DNA from: a virus
Taxonomy: Duplodnaviria; Heunggongvirae; Uroviricota; Caudoviricetes
Virus record (IMG/VR): IMGVR_UViG_3300045972_000219
DNA length: 64,000 bases
Reading direction: 5' to 3' (one strand)
Part shown: positions 55,772 to 63,178 of the stretch, piece after piece
Layout of the letters: each line of letters starts with the position of its first letter
How positions within the stretch are numbered: the first letter of the stretch is position 1
Notes under the pieces: model-generated
Database searches by the model: none
Told to the model about the DNA's origin: nothing
What the model saw: the letters and a program-made list of their open reading frames with translations, nothing else
Made by a program: the position numbers and the translations under genes

Positions 55772-56938
55772 TCAGGAGAGTTCCAATCTTTTTTTTTTCG
55801 CTTCCTCAACGAGGCCAGACATATATCTAATTTGATTTAAGGTCTTTTCCCTTATCTCGTCTCTCTGAGTTGCATCTGCTTTCTCAGAGTTATTAGTAGG
55901 TCTATCAACTTCAGTAACTTCCTGATGAACGGTACCCAATATATCAATGCATTTCTGTGCATCATTTACAAATACATCAGCTTCTGCAGCAGTACTGATT
56001 TTATTAAACTTATTATACCATACAACTTTTTGAACTTCTAAACCACCTTCAAGTGCCATACCTCCAACAACATCATGAAGTTCAGTAGTTGCAAATTCTT
56101 TTTTATAAAGATTATATTTACGCTTACCAAACATAGCTTCAACTAATACATTTTCAGTAATAGTTTTTCTAGTTGCATCAGGCTGAGATACGGATAATTT
56201 CTCATCAGTAGTACGTAATTTGTCAATAAATGTATGAAGATTAGACAATAGTTTAGGACGCTCACTGTTAGTAAAAGATGTTGCACTTCTAATAAGATTT
56301 TCAGCTTCAATCATCTTATCTCTTACTTCTTTTTGAAGTTCATCTTTTTCAGTATCAGTATTTACTTTAGATGCCCTTTGACTTAAAGAGACAGCTACTT
56401 TATCTAATGCATTGTCTTCTGCAGCTTGTTTAACAGATTTGATGACTTTACCAGTTAGTGAGTCTAGTGGAAGCTCTGGTTCATGTGGAGAACCCATTGA
56501 TACGGGAGGTTTAGCTACAGTATTATAATTAGCTACCGTCTGATTACTTACTGGCATATTGTAGTTGCGGACATACACGGTTGCTGCAGATACTGGTGTG
56601 AGTCCAGAGGACATATCTTCAGTCATAACGGACTCCTGATAGTTATTATCTAATGGTTGATAGTCAAAATGTATATTTTTAGCTTTTGAAAGAACTATAT
56701 TAAGCTCAGTTAAATGAGACTTTAGTGATGATACTTCACTAGATGTGAATTTAGGATTTGTTATATGCTTCTCAGTTGTCTGTATACTTGATTGTACCTC
56801 ATCTATAAGTCTCTGTTTTTTAGTAGGTGTGTTTGCAAGCATTATTTTATGATGAAATTCATCTAGCTCATCGATATCTCTACCGTTTAATGTTTTCTTT
56901 ATAGAACTGACGAATCCAGTTTCATTTAGTTTATTCAT
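55772..56938 (-). CDS. hypothetical helical protein (possible internal virion protein)
   Basis: GGGG RBS before ATG 56938; internal helical repeats (KQRLIDEVQS / DELQKEVRDK) with LxE sites. Confidence 0.55.
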   Translation of the reverse strand: MNKLNETGFVSSIKKTLNGRDIDELDEFHHKIMLANTPTKKQRLIDEVQSSIQTTEKHITNPKFTSSEVSSLKSHLTELNIVLSKAKNIHFDYQPLDNNYQESVMTEDMSSGLTPVSAATVYVRNYNMPVSNQTVANYNTVAKPPVSMGSPHEPELPLDSLTGKVIKSVKQAAEDNALDKVAVSLSQRASKVNTDTEKDELQKEVRDKMIEAENLIRSATSFTNSERPKLLSNLHTFIDKLRTTDEKLSVSQPDATRKTITENVLVEAMFGKRKYNLYKKEFATTELHDVVGGMALEGGLEVQKVVWYNKFNKISTAAEADVFVNDAQKCIDILGTVHQEVTEVDRPTNNSEKADATQRDEIREKTLNQIRYMSGLVEEAKKKRLELS

Positions 56939-56948
56939 ACTATCCCCT

Positions 56949-57374
56949 TCAGGATGCTTCTTCATTTACAATAGCACCCAATCTTTGTCTTCTAATTTTC
57001 TTTATGTTAGCTTCAATACCTAACTCTAAGATTTTAGAGTAGGTTATGTCGATTATTAATGTATCTAGCATTTCTTTCTTAACATACTTACCTAGTGTAT
57101 TAATATATCGTTCACTAAGAAGTCCAATTATTTCAGTGGCCATATCAACCACATATGAATTTATCATCTCATCATTAATTGGAATGGCTCTATCGTTATT
57201 CTCCAACTTAGGTTTTACAACAAGTTGAGAGAAGTCATTAACTTTCTTGTCAATGATCCACATAAGAAAGCCAGTATCATTATTCCAATCACACTTGACA
57301 TCTAGTGGAATTAATTCCTTTGATGATTTGTTCTTATTAAACCAGCTCATAATAATATCCTTTATATTATCCAT
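56949..57374 (-). CDS. hypothetical protein
   Basis: ORF in the minus-strand operon. Confidence 0.6.
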   Translation of the reverse strand: MDNIKDIIMSWFNKNKSSKELIPLDVKCDWNNDTGFLMWIIDKKVNDFSQLVVKPKLENNDRAIPINDEMINSYVVDMATEIIGLLSERYINTLGKYVKKEMLDTLIIDITYSKILELGIEANIKKIRRQRLGAIVNEEAS

Positions 57375-57375
57375 A

Positions 57376-57969
57376 TTAATCCACATCCTTTAAGAATATT
57401 GTCATATCTGAAAGAGACTTCTTAGCTAAATCAGGTTTAATCTTAATTTCACCATTGAGAAACTTTTCAAAGTCAATATGAAATCTAACTATAATTTTTC
57501 TAGTCTTATTACTAAATCTCATTCTACGGTTATTAGCTTTCCAAAACGCAGCAATACCATTTCCATTATATGCTTTAGATGCAGCCCACCAATCAGCTAA
57601 CATTTCTTCTATATCTTTTAATGGCATATCTAAAACTTCTATAGCGTGTCCAGCACCGTCTAACGTCCTATTCCTTGCAACACAATGGTACTGCCAATGA
57701 TGCGATGAAGAATGACAATGATGTTTCCATGCTTCTTTCATATTATCATCATCCAATGGTTCATAGAAACCTGATGAATCTCTACCTGCATTTATACCAT
57801 CTTTAGTTCCAAATTTTTTGACATATGCTCTAAATTCAATTGGATGGAGTTTACATATATCGTGAACTATACCTCTCCAATATAATCCACATTTAAAACA
57901 TGCAATAAGCACATAAAATTTATGTATAATTAATGATTTTAGATATTTTACAATTGGTTTTAACTCCAT
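57376..57969 (-). CDS. HD-superfamily phosphohydrolase (DUF5662-like)
   Basis: HKFYV...GIVHDICK.HP.EF, AWKHH...HHWQYH, EMLADWWAAS. Confidence 0.8.
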   Translation of the reverse strand: MELKPIVKYLKSLIIHKFYVLIACFKCGLYWRGIVHDICKLHPIEFRAYVKKFGTKDGINAGRDSSGFYEPLDDDNMKEAWKHHCHSSSHHWQYHCVARNRTLDGAGHAIEVLDMPLKDIEEMLADWWAASKAYNGNGIAAFWKANNRRMRFSNKTRKIIVRFHIDFEKFLNGEIKIKPDLAKKSLSDMTIFLKDVD

Positions 57970-58091
57970 ACTATTTTCTCCATCCATTATAAAGTTTATT
58001 AGAAAGTTTTAGTATATTCTCCGTTAATTCATAAAAAATATATGTATATTATTATAATAGAAATTAAATCTATTTGAATAAGGGGTGAATT

Positions 58092-58169
58092 ATGTTAGAT
58101 CCACTTTTAACTACTGACCAGCTAGCAGTTTTGATGGAACTTTTGACATCTTGCTTATCAACTAACTAG
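58092..58169 (+). CDS. 25-aa micro-ORF
   Basis: MLDPLLTTDQLAVLMELLTSCLSTN; AAGGGG RBS. Confidence 0.4.
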   Translation: MLDPLLTTDQLAVLMELLTSCLSTN

Positions 58170-58177
58170 GAGGGAAC

Positions 58178-58270
58178 ATGAGCATCACATATGACAAAAA
58201 AGCAGTATTTCTAGCAGTCGTATCAATGATGTTCTTTTGCTTTTCTATAACTTTTTACCAACATTTTTAA
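58178..58270 (+). CDS. 30-aa membrane peptide
   Basis: MSITYDKKAVFLAVVSMMFFCFSITFYQHF; GGAGG RBS; single TM. Confidence 0.5.
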   Translation: MSITYDKKAVFLAVVSMMFFCFSITFYQHF

Positions 58271-58284
58271 AAAGGAGAAATACT

Positions 58285-58476
58285 ATGCAAGAGTCAAGAC
58301 AGTGGTATATTATTAAAATGATTGGTGTTGCAATTCAAATCGATAATCCAAAAAGTAGGAAAGCTCTTATGAGACTTATGAAACAGTATGTGGCTTCAAC
58401 AGACATCATAACAAAAGAAATTGATGCAGTACTTGATGCAACTGTTATTAGTATGATTAAATTTAAAGAGATATAG
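58285..58476 (+). CDS. 63-aa hypothetical protein
   Basis: AAGGAG RBS before ATG 58285 (the ORF-track start at 58237 is an upstream extension). Confidence 0.6.
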   Translation: MQESRQWYIIKMIGVAIQIDNPKSRKALMRLMKQYVASTDIITKEIDAVLDATVISMIKFKEI

Positions 58477-58510
58477 AAAATAAGGGAGATTTCTCTCCCT
58501 TATTTTTTTT
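58477..58510. terminator. bidirectional terminator
   Basis: AAAATAAGGGAGA-TTTC-TCTCCCTTATTTT plus T-run between convergent genes. Confidence 0.75.
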
Positions 58511-59160
58511 TAGTCATCCATTTCAATAAAGTTCTTAATAGTACCTTCACCTGAGATAGTTTTAAGTTCAGTTCTTAACTTTAATATATCACGATTATTA
58601 GTTTCAGCCTTATTTTCATTTGCAACTTTAACCATTCTTCGGACTTTAGCCGCTAAACGTTTATCTAGGTACTTTGTATACTCAATAGCAAATTGTCTAA
58701 TATCTCCAAAGACTGAACGGATATCTATTTCTAGTTTCTCATTGTGATACAGTTCATGCATAGTAGTTGATAAAGGAACTAGACCTATTAAGTTACGATA
58801 GTGAAGCTCTACTACTTCTTTACATATAGCCATTTGAGATAGAGATAGTCCTTCTTTCTCATGTTTTCTATGAACCGCATCTACTATATCATATAAAGTA
58901 AATGGAAAATGATGTAGCTCAATAGTTGACCATTCACCTGATTTTACCTCTTGCAATATAGCACAAGTAGACATATCCATTTCTTTCTTAAGAAACTGGA
59001 TGTAATTCTTCATCTCTAAAGAACCACGTATAAGAACCTCTAATTTTCGATAGTATTTAGTTCTAGTGTCGTCATCTTCAAGCCAATCTATTATTAGATC
59101 GACTCCACCATAACCAGTTAACTGAGGAAGATTATTTATATCTATAGATGTATTTGACAT
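58510..59160 (-). CDS. HNH-like (beta-beta-alpha-metal) protein, paralogue A
   Basis: CAIL..IELHHFPFTLYDIV...GLVPLSTTMHELYH. Confidence 0.55.
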   Translation of the reverse strand: MSNTSIDINNLPQLTGYGGVDLIIDWLEDDDTRTKYYRKLEVLIRGSLEMKNYIQFLKKEMDMSTCAILQEVKSGEWSTIELHHFPFTLYDIVDAVHRKHEKEGLSLSQMAICKEVVELHYRNLIGLVPLSTTMHELYHNEKLEIDIRSVFGDIRQFAIEYTKYLDKRLAAKVRRMVKVANENKAETNNRDILKLRTELKTISGEGTIKNFIEMDD

Positions 59161-59213
59161 AACCGTAGATTTATCCTTTAACAGTAGATTAATATATTTT
59201 ATAAGGAGTTTAT

Positions 59214-59576
59214 ATGACTTACAATTTTACATCGATTCTAACTGAAATGGAAGAGGAACATAGCAAAATTACTACTATGATATCTAATTTAAATGACTCT
59301 AGTTCTTTTTTAGATATGATGCATTATATGATGAAACATTTTGATCATGAAGAATTGGTGATGTCCGATATAAAGTATGATCTATTACTACATCATAGGA
59401 ATGAGCATAGTAAAATATTAAAAGAATTTTGGAATAAACATGATATGAATGATTATGAAAAACTTAGAGTATGGTCTGCTAATCAAATAAAATTACATAT
59501 CACAATGAATGACTATTATCTAGTTAAATTTATAAAAGATAAGATAGAATCTAATCAGCCTCTTCTTCATCAGTAA
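59214..59576 (+). CDS. hemerythrin (bacteriohemerythrin-like di-iron protein)
   Basis: Complete ligand pattern H...HxxxE...HxxxH...HxxxxD: EEHSK, HFDHEE, HHRNEH, HITMND. Confidence 0.9.
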   Translation: MTYNFTSILTEMEEEHSKITTMISNLNDSSSFLDMMHYMMKHFDHEELVMSDIKYDLLLHHRNEHSKILKEFWNKHDMNDYEKLRVWSANQIKLHITMNDYYLVKFIKDKIESNQPLLHQ

Positions 59577-60282
59577 ATATCTCATCATCTGGAATATTTG
59601 GGTTGAGAAGTATTATACCATTAGAGTCTGCAGATAATTCAAACTCACTGAATTGCGGTATATTGAGTCTTAGCTTTTGAGTTGTAGGTCTAAGAATATC
59701 ATTAGCTGAATATGGTTTATTTTCTTTAGCATGAGTTATTAGTGCCTCAATTTTAGCTATATGATCCTCAGTAAAGCCGTCTTCATACTCTTCCACAAAT
59801 TCAGCTACTTTACCAAATACTCTATCAATGTTGATATGTACCTCTCCTTGATGAGCTAGTTCATGGACTGTTTTAGATAAAGGGATTACTCCTACCTTTC
59901 TCTCCCAATGTAGTCTAAGAACTTCATCAGCTACATCGAATGTAGTGATAGGTACACCTTCTCCAAATTTTTTTTCTGCAACTATCTCTACAATTTCATA
60001 TAGAGTTAATGGATGATGATGTATTTCTATAGTTGCTTCTTCAGTAGTAATATTTTCAAAGAAGGCACATGTCTTTAAATGAGATAAAATATATGATACG
60101 AACTCTTTATATTCTATAGATGTACGTACTAATCTCTCAGTAGACTTAATGAATCTCTTAAAATATTTATCATCAAGTGTTTCTTTTATAGTATTCATCA
60201 ACTGAGTACCATATCCGTTTCCAGATAGTTCTACTCCTTCATTCGTTTCTTCAGAAACTATGTGATCTAATCCTGTACTCAT
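59551..60282 (-). CDS. HNH-like protein, paralogue B
   Basis: CAFF..IEIHHHPLTLYEIV...GVIPLSKTVHELAH. Confidence 0.55.
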   Translation of the reverse strand: MSTGLDHIVSEETNEGVELSGNGYGTQLMNTIKETLDDKYFKRFIKSTERLVRTSIEYKEFVSYILSHLKTCAFFENITTEEATIEIHHHPLTLYEIVEIVAEKKFGEGVPITTFDVADEVLRLHWERKVGVIPLSKTVHELAHQGEVHINIDRVFGKVAEFVEEYEDGFTEDHIAKIEALITHAKENKPYSANDILRPTTQKLRLNIPQFSEFELSADSNGIILLNPNIPDDEIFTDEEEAD

Positions 60283-60339
60283 GGCGACCTCTCTATATGT
60301 GAACTAATTTATTGTACAGTAAATACCTAAGAGGTAAAT

Positions 60340-61074
60340 ATGATAAATTCTAATCAACGAAAACAGATTGAAGGACTAGTATTGACTACAATGGATAAGT
60401 TAGATCCAACTGGATACAATACTAAACAGTATAAAGAAATGTTTACAGGTATGTCAAATGAAGCATTCTCTAAATATATTGAGAGTATTGCTACAGATGA
60501 GGATAGTAACTTCTACTTATCAATCCTTCCTTGGGAAAATGAACCTTCTCTTATAGATATTAAAAGTGCTGCAGATTTCTTAAAAATAGATCTTGATGAA
60601 TATGTATACTTCCCTGATCAAAGTACTACTGACGGTAAGTCAATAAGGACACCTAAACCTGTACCTGTTGGATACCTGTATATGAGAAGGTTACAGCAAG
60701 TTTTAATGAAGAAAAACTCACAGTCTATAGATACTAAACAGAGAAATCCAATTACAGGTCAGGTATCTGGTGATAGTAAAGTAGCAAGAGATTCCGATAG
60801 TGAAAACTATGCTCTCACAACTATTGGAGCTGATGAGATTCTTAGAGAATTACATGGTCCAAGAGCAGATAATATTGGTGCTATGAATGATATGTATCGT
60901 GATATATCTATGCAAGGATATGTTCGTAATGCAGATCTGACACAAGATATAGGAAAGAAAACAACTCTTAATACATTTGATATTTATATTATGGGTGCAG
61001 GTCTTAAGTCAGACCTTCTTACCACTGGTGATAAAATGTATTGGACTAAGCGTAAAGAAGCTGAACAAAAATAA
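60340..61074 (+). CDS. second RNA polymerase beta C-terminal fragment (probably the virion RNAP; phiKZ gp149-like)
   Basis: PVPVGYLYMRRLQQVLMKK..RNPITGQ..ARDSDSE..L.E matches the beta VG..Y..KL.H...K..AR..Q..GQRFGEME region; distinct from 7688..11606. Confidence 0.75.
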   Translation: MINSNQRKQIEGLVLTTMDKLDPTGYNTKQYKEMFTGMSNEAFSKYIESIATDEDSNFYLSILPWENEPSLIDIKSAADFLKIDLDEYVYFPDQSTTDGKSIRTPKPVPVGYLYMRRLQQVLMKKNSQSIDTKQRNPITGQVSGDSKVARDSDSENYALTTIGADEILRELHGPRADNIGAMNDMYRDISMQGYVRNADLTQDIGKKTTLNTFDIYIMGAGLKSDLLTTGDKMYWTKRKEAEQK

Positions 61075-61090
61075 ATCAAGAGGGAATAGT

Positions 61091-61390
61091 ATGTCAAACA
61101 TGTTAAATAACTGGATTCATAAGGCTATGTGGACTTGTAGTAGTTGCGGTATAATATATGATAATTCAGTTGAAAAATGTCATACATGCCCTCCAAAAGA
61201 AGAAGAAGAAGTTCAAGAAGTAGAAGATATTAGATCTAGACAAGTGGTAGCTCTAATTTTTGTTGTGATTGTAGCTATATATGGTTATGTTGCATTTATA
61301 TTTTATAGTGTATCTCAAGAGGTTAATCGTTTACAAGAAAATGTATCTATACTCAAAAAAGAAATAGATAATTTTAAAATTAAAAAATAA
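61091..61390 (+). CDS. Zn-ribbon/TM/coiled-coil membrane protein
   Basis: WTCSSCG...CHTC, TM (VVALIFVVIVAIYGYVAFIFY), C-terminal coiled coil. Confidence 0.65.
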   Translation: MSNMLNNWIHKAMWTCSSCGIIYDNSVEKCHTCPPKEEEEVQEVEDIRSRQVVALIFVVIVAIYGYVAFIFYSVSQEVNRLQENVSILKKEIDNFKIKK

Positions 61391-61392
61391 GT

Positions 61393-61424
61393 TTTCCCCT
61401 ATACCCATAAAGGTATAGGGGAAA
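61393..61424. terminator. bidirectional terminator
   Basis: TTTCCCCTATACC-CATAAA-GGTATAGGGGAAA between convergent genes. Confidence 0.75.
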
Positions 61425-61426
61425 TT

Positions 61427-62251
61427 TTATACACCATCGTCTATTTCTTCCATTATATCATCTGCGGCTTGTTCTAAAGCTGATGGACCATTATCTCTTC
61501 TTCGTCTTTGACCGCTACTACCTGAAGTAGTTGGATCAAATTGCAGTCCATCTCCTAAACTAGTCAACGATGTAGCATGAGATAAATTGATATCTTCATC
61601 TAGAAGCATTCCATTATCTTTTACAAATGGATGTGCAATATACTCTACTTCTGATTTCTTTCTACCACGAGATTTAACTCGTTTAGAAGTAAGATATACT
61701 TTACCAGTAGATGCCTGTGTCTCAATAAAGTTAATAAATACATAGTCTGCATTCTCAATCATTAGCTTAGACTCACCAGTATGACTAATACCAAGCTTTT
61801 GTCCAATATTATTCTTTTTAGATTCTAATGCTTGCTCAATAGCTTTAGATGCATCACGATTAAGCTGAGAAGCAGAAACAAAAGGAATCTGTCTTTTCTT
61901 TGCAATAGTTGAAAATTCATCAACTACTGTACCTAAGTCGATACGGATATCACCAGTATACTCAACTGGCATAATACGTTTAATATAATCGTGAACAACC
62001 ATTCTAACTTCATAACCTTCAAGTTTAAGGTCATCAATCATATTATCTATATCTGCAGTATTTATACTACGAGATGGTCTATATCTAAAGAAAGCAGTCA
62101 TACGAGTAGGATCGTCATGAACCCAATTAGATTCTCCAAAACGTTCCATTACTCTTGTGGAACCTTCTAGGTCTTTTAGTTCAGCAGGATCATCCTCGCC
62201 CTTAATTATAGACCAGATTCTTTCATTAGTTTCATTGACATCATTCTCTTG
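61427..62251 (-). CDS. dnaB: DnaB-like replicative helicase, exon 2
   Basis: QENDVNETNERIW, MVVHDYIKRI (H2), IPFVSASQLNR (H3), IENADYV, KRVKSRG (H4/Arg finger). Confidence 0.9.
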   Translation of the reverse strand, partial: QENDVNETNERIWSIIKGEDDPAELKDLEGSTRVMERFGESNWVHDDPTRMTAFFRYRPSRSINTADIDNMIDDLKLEGYEVRMVVHDYIKRIMPVEYTGDIRIDLGTVVDEFSTIAKKRQIPFVSASQLNRDASKAIEQALESKKNNIGQKLGISHTGESKLMIENADYVFINFIETQASTGKVYLTSKRVKSRGRKKSEVEYIAHPFVKDNGMLLDEDINLSHATSLTSLGDGLQFDPTTSGSSGQRRRRDNGPSALEQAADDIMEEIDDGV

Positions 62252-63178
62252 CAGTTATGTTCATATAGATTCGTTAGATCTATACCGCACCATTATGTGC
62301 AGCTATGACTTTCATCATAGACCAGACTATATCTTCATCTCAGAGAGATGCTCTCCATTTCCCCTCACTTGAGGGTACTCCCATTATAGGATAGTCGTTG
62401 AACGTCCTACAAACTGTTTTACATTTCTCTTACGTGTCCAGTGATCATCACCTTTAGGCATATTTATTAAACCATTATCATGGGCATGTTGCATATTATA
62501 ACTACTCGATACCCATTCTAAATTCTCCCAATAATTATTAAGCTTATTACCATCTTCATGGTTAACTTCTGGCTCATTATTAGGATTGTCTATAAATTCT
62601 AGTGCTAAAAGACGGTGAATATTTCTGTTCAGCGTTTTAGTTCCAAGCTTAAACTCTATCTTATAATATCCGTTTTTGTCAACTCTACTTCTAAGAATAT
62701 TACCTCTTTTTTTATTACGAACTTCACCATGATCACTAACTTCATAATCTGGAAGCTCTGTAACAGTACGCCATTCTCTATCTTCAAGAGTAATATTCTG
62801 TAGTCGATTTAGTTTCTTTCTAACTTTTAGTTGACATATTGCATCAGCGGTACTACCAAGATGTTTAGCGAGTTCAGCATTAGATAAATGTAAATTATCC
62901 TTAATAAACAAAATATCTTTTTCTGTCCATTTAGTTACAGCCATTTTCCATTTAGTTGAAATATCCATTTATATTCTCCTTAATTATTTGTTATAAAATA
63001 AGGAGAAAGGAAAATGACATACAGTTGTAGATTCGCTGCTGATTGCCCAATTCTTATAATTTTTAACATTCACGCTCACTATCACTAGTCACGTTGTAGT
63101 TTATAAGACTCTAAGGGGATTCCAGCAATTAGAAGAGTTTTCATATATGTATCACTACATATAGCACCCAAGTTATTA
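62252..63178 (-). mobile_element. group I intron in dnaB
   Basis: Exon ends ACU and intron ends G; P/Q/R/S elements on the minus strand; splicing restores VLYVT|QEN (H1a motif) in frame. Confidence 0.9.
62384..62968 (-). CDS. intron-encoded HNH homing endonuclease (Myb-like HTH, NUMOD4, HNH_3)
   Basis: KWTEKDILFI, YEVSDHGEVRN, IHRLLALEFIDNPNNEPEVNHEDGNKLNNYWENLEW. Confidence 0.9.
   Translation of the reverse strand: MDISTKWKMAVTKWTEKDILFIKDNLHLSNAELAKHLGSTADAICQLKVRKKLNRLQNITLEDREWRTVTELPDYEVSDHGEVRNKKRGNILRSRVDKNGYYKIEFKLGTKTLNRNIHRLLALEFIDNPNNEPEVNHEDGNKLNNYWENLEWVSSSYNMQHAHDNGLINMPKGDDHWTRKRNVKQFVGRSTTIL

Noticed and set aside
60301-60316. GAACTAAT(T/A) variants at 60301(+) and 30899-30910(-) as late promoters
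   Set aside because: They do not fit AACA-N6-T(A/G) spacing and were left out of the motif count.
61091-61390. Second i-spanin or FtsL-like call for the Zn-ribbon/TM/coiled-coil ORF
   Set aside because: No partner lipoprotein gene is adjacent, and topology alone is insufficient.
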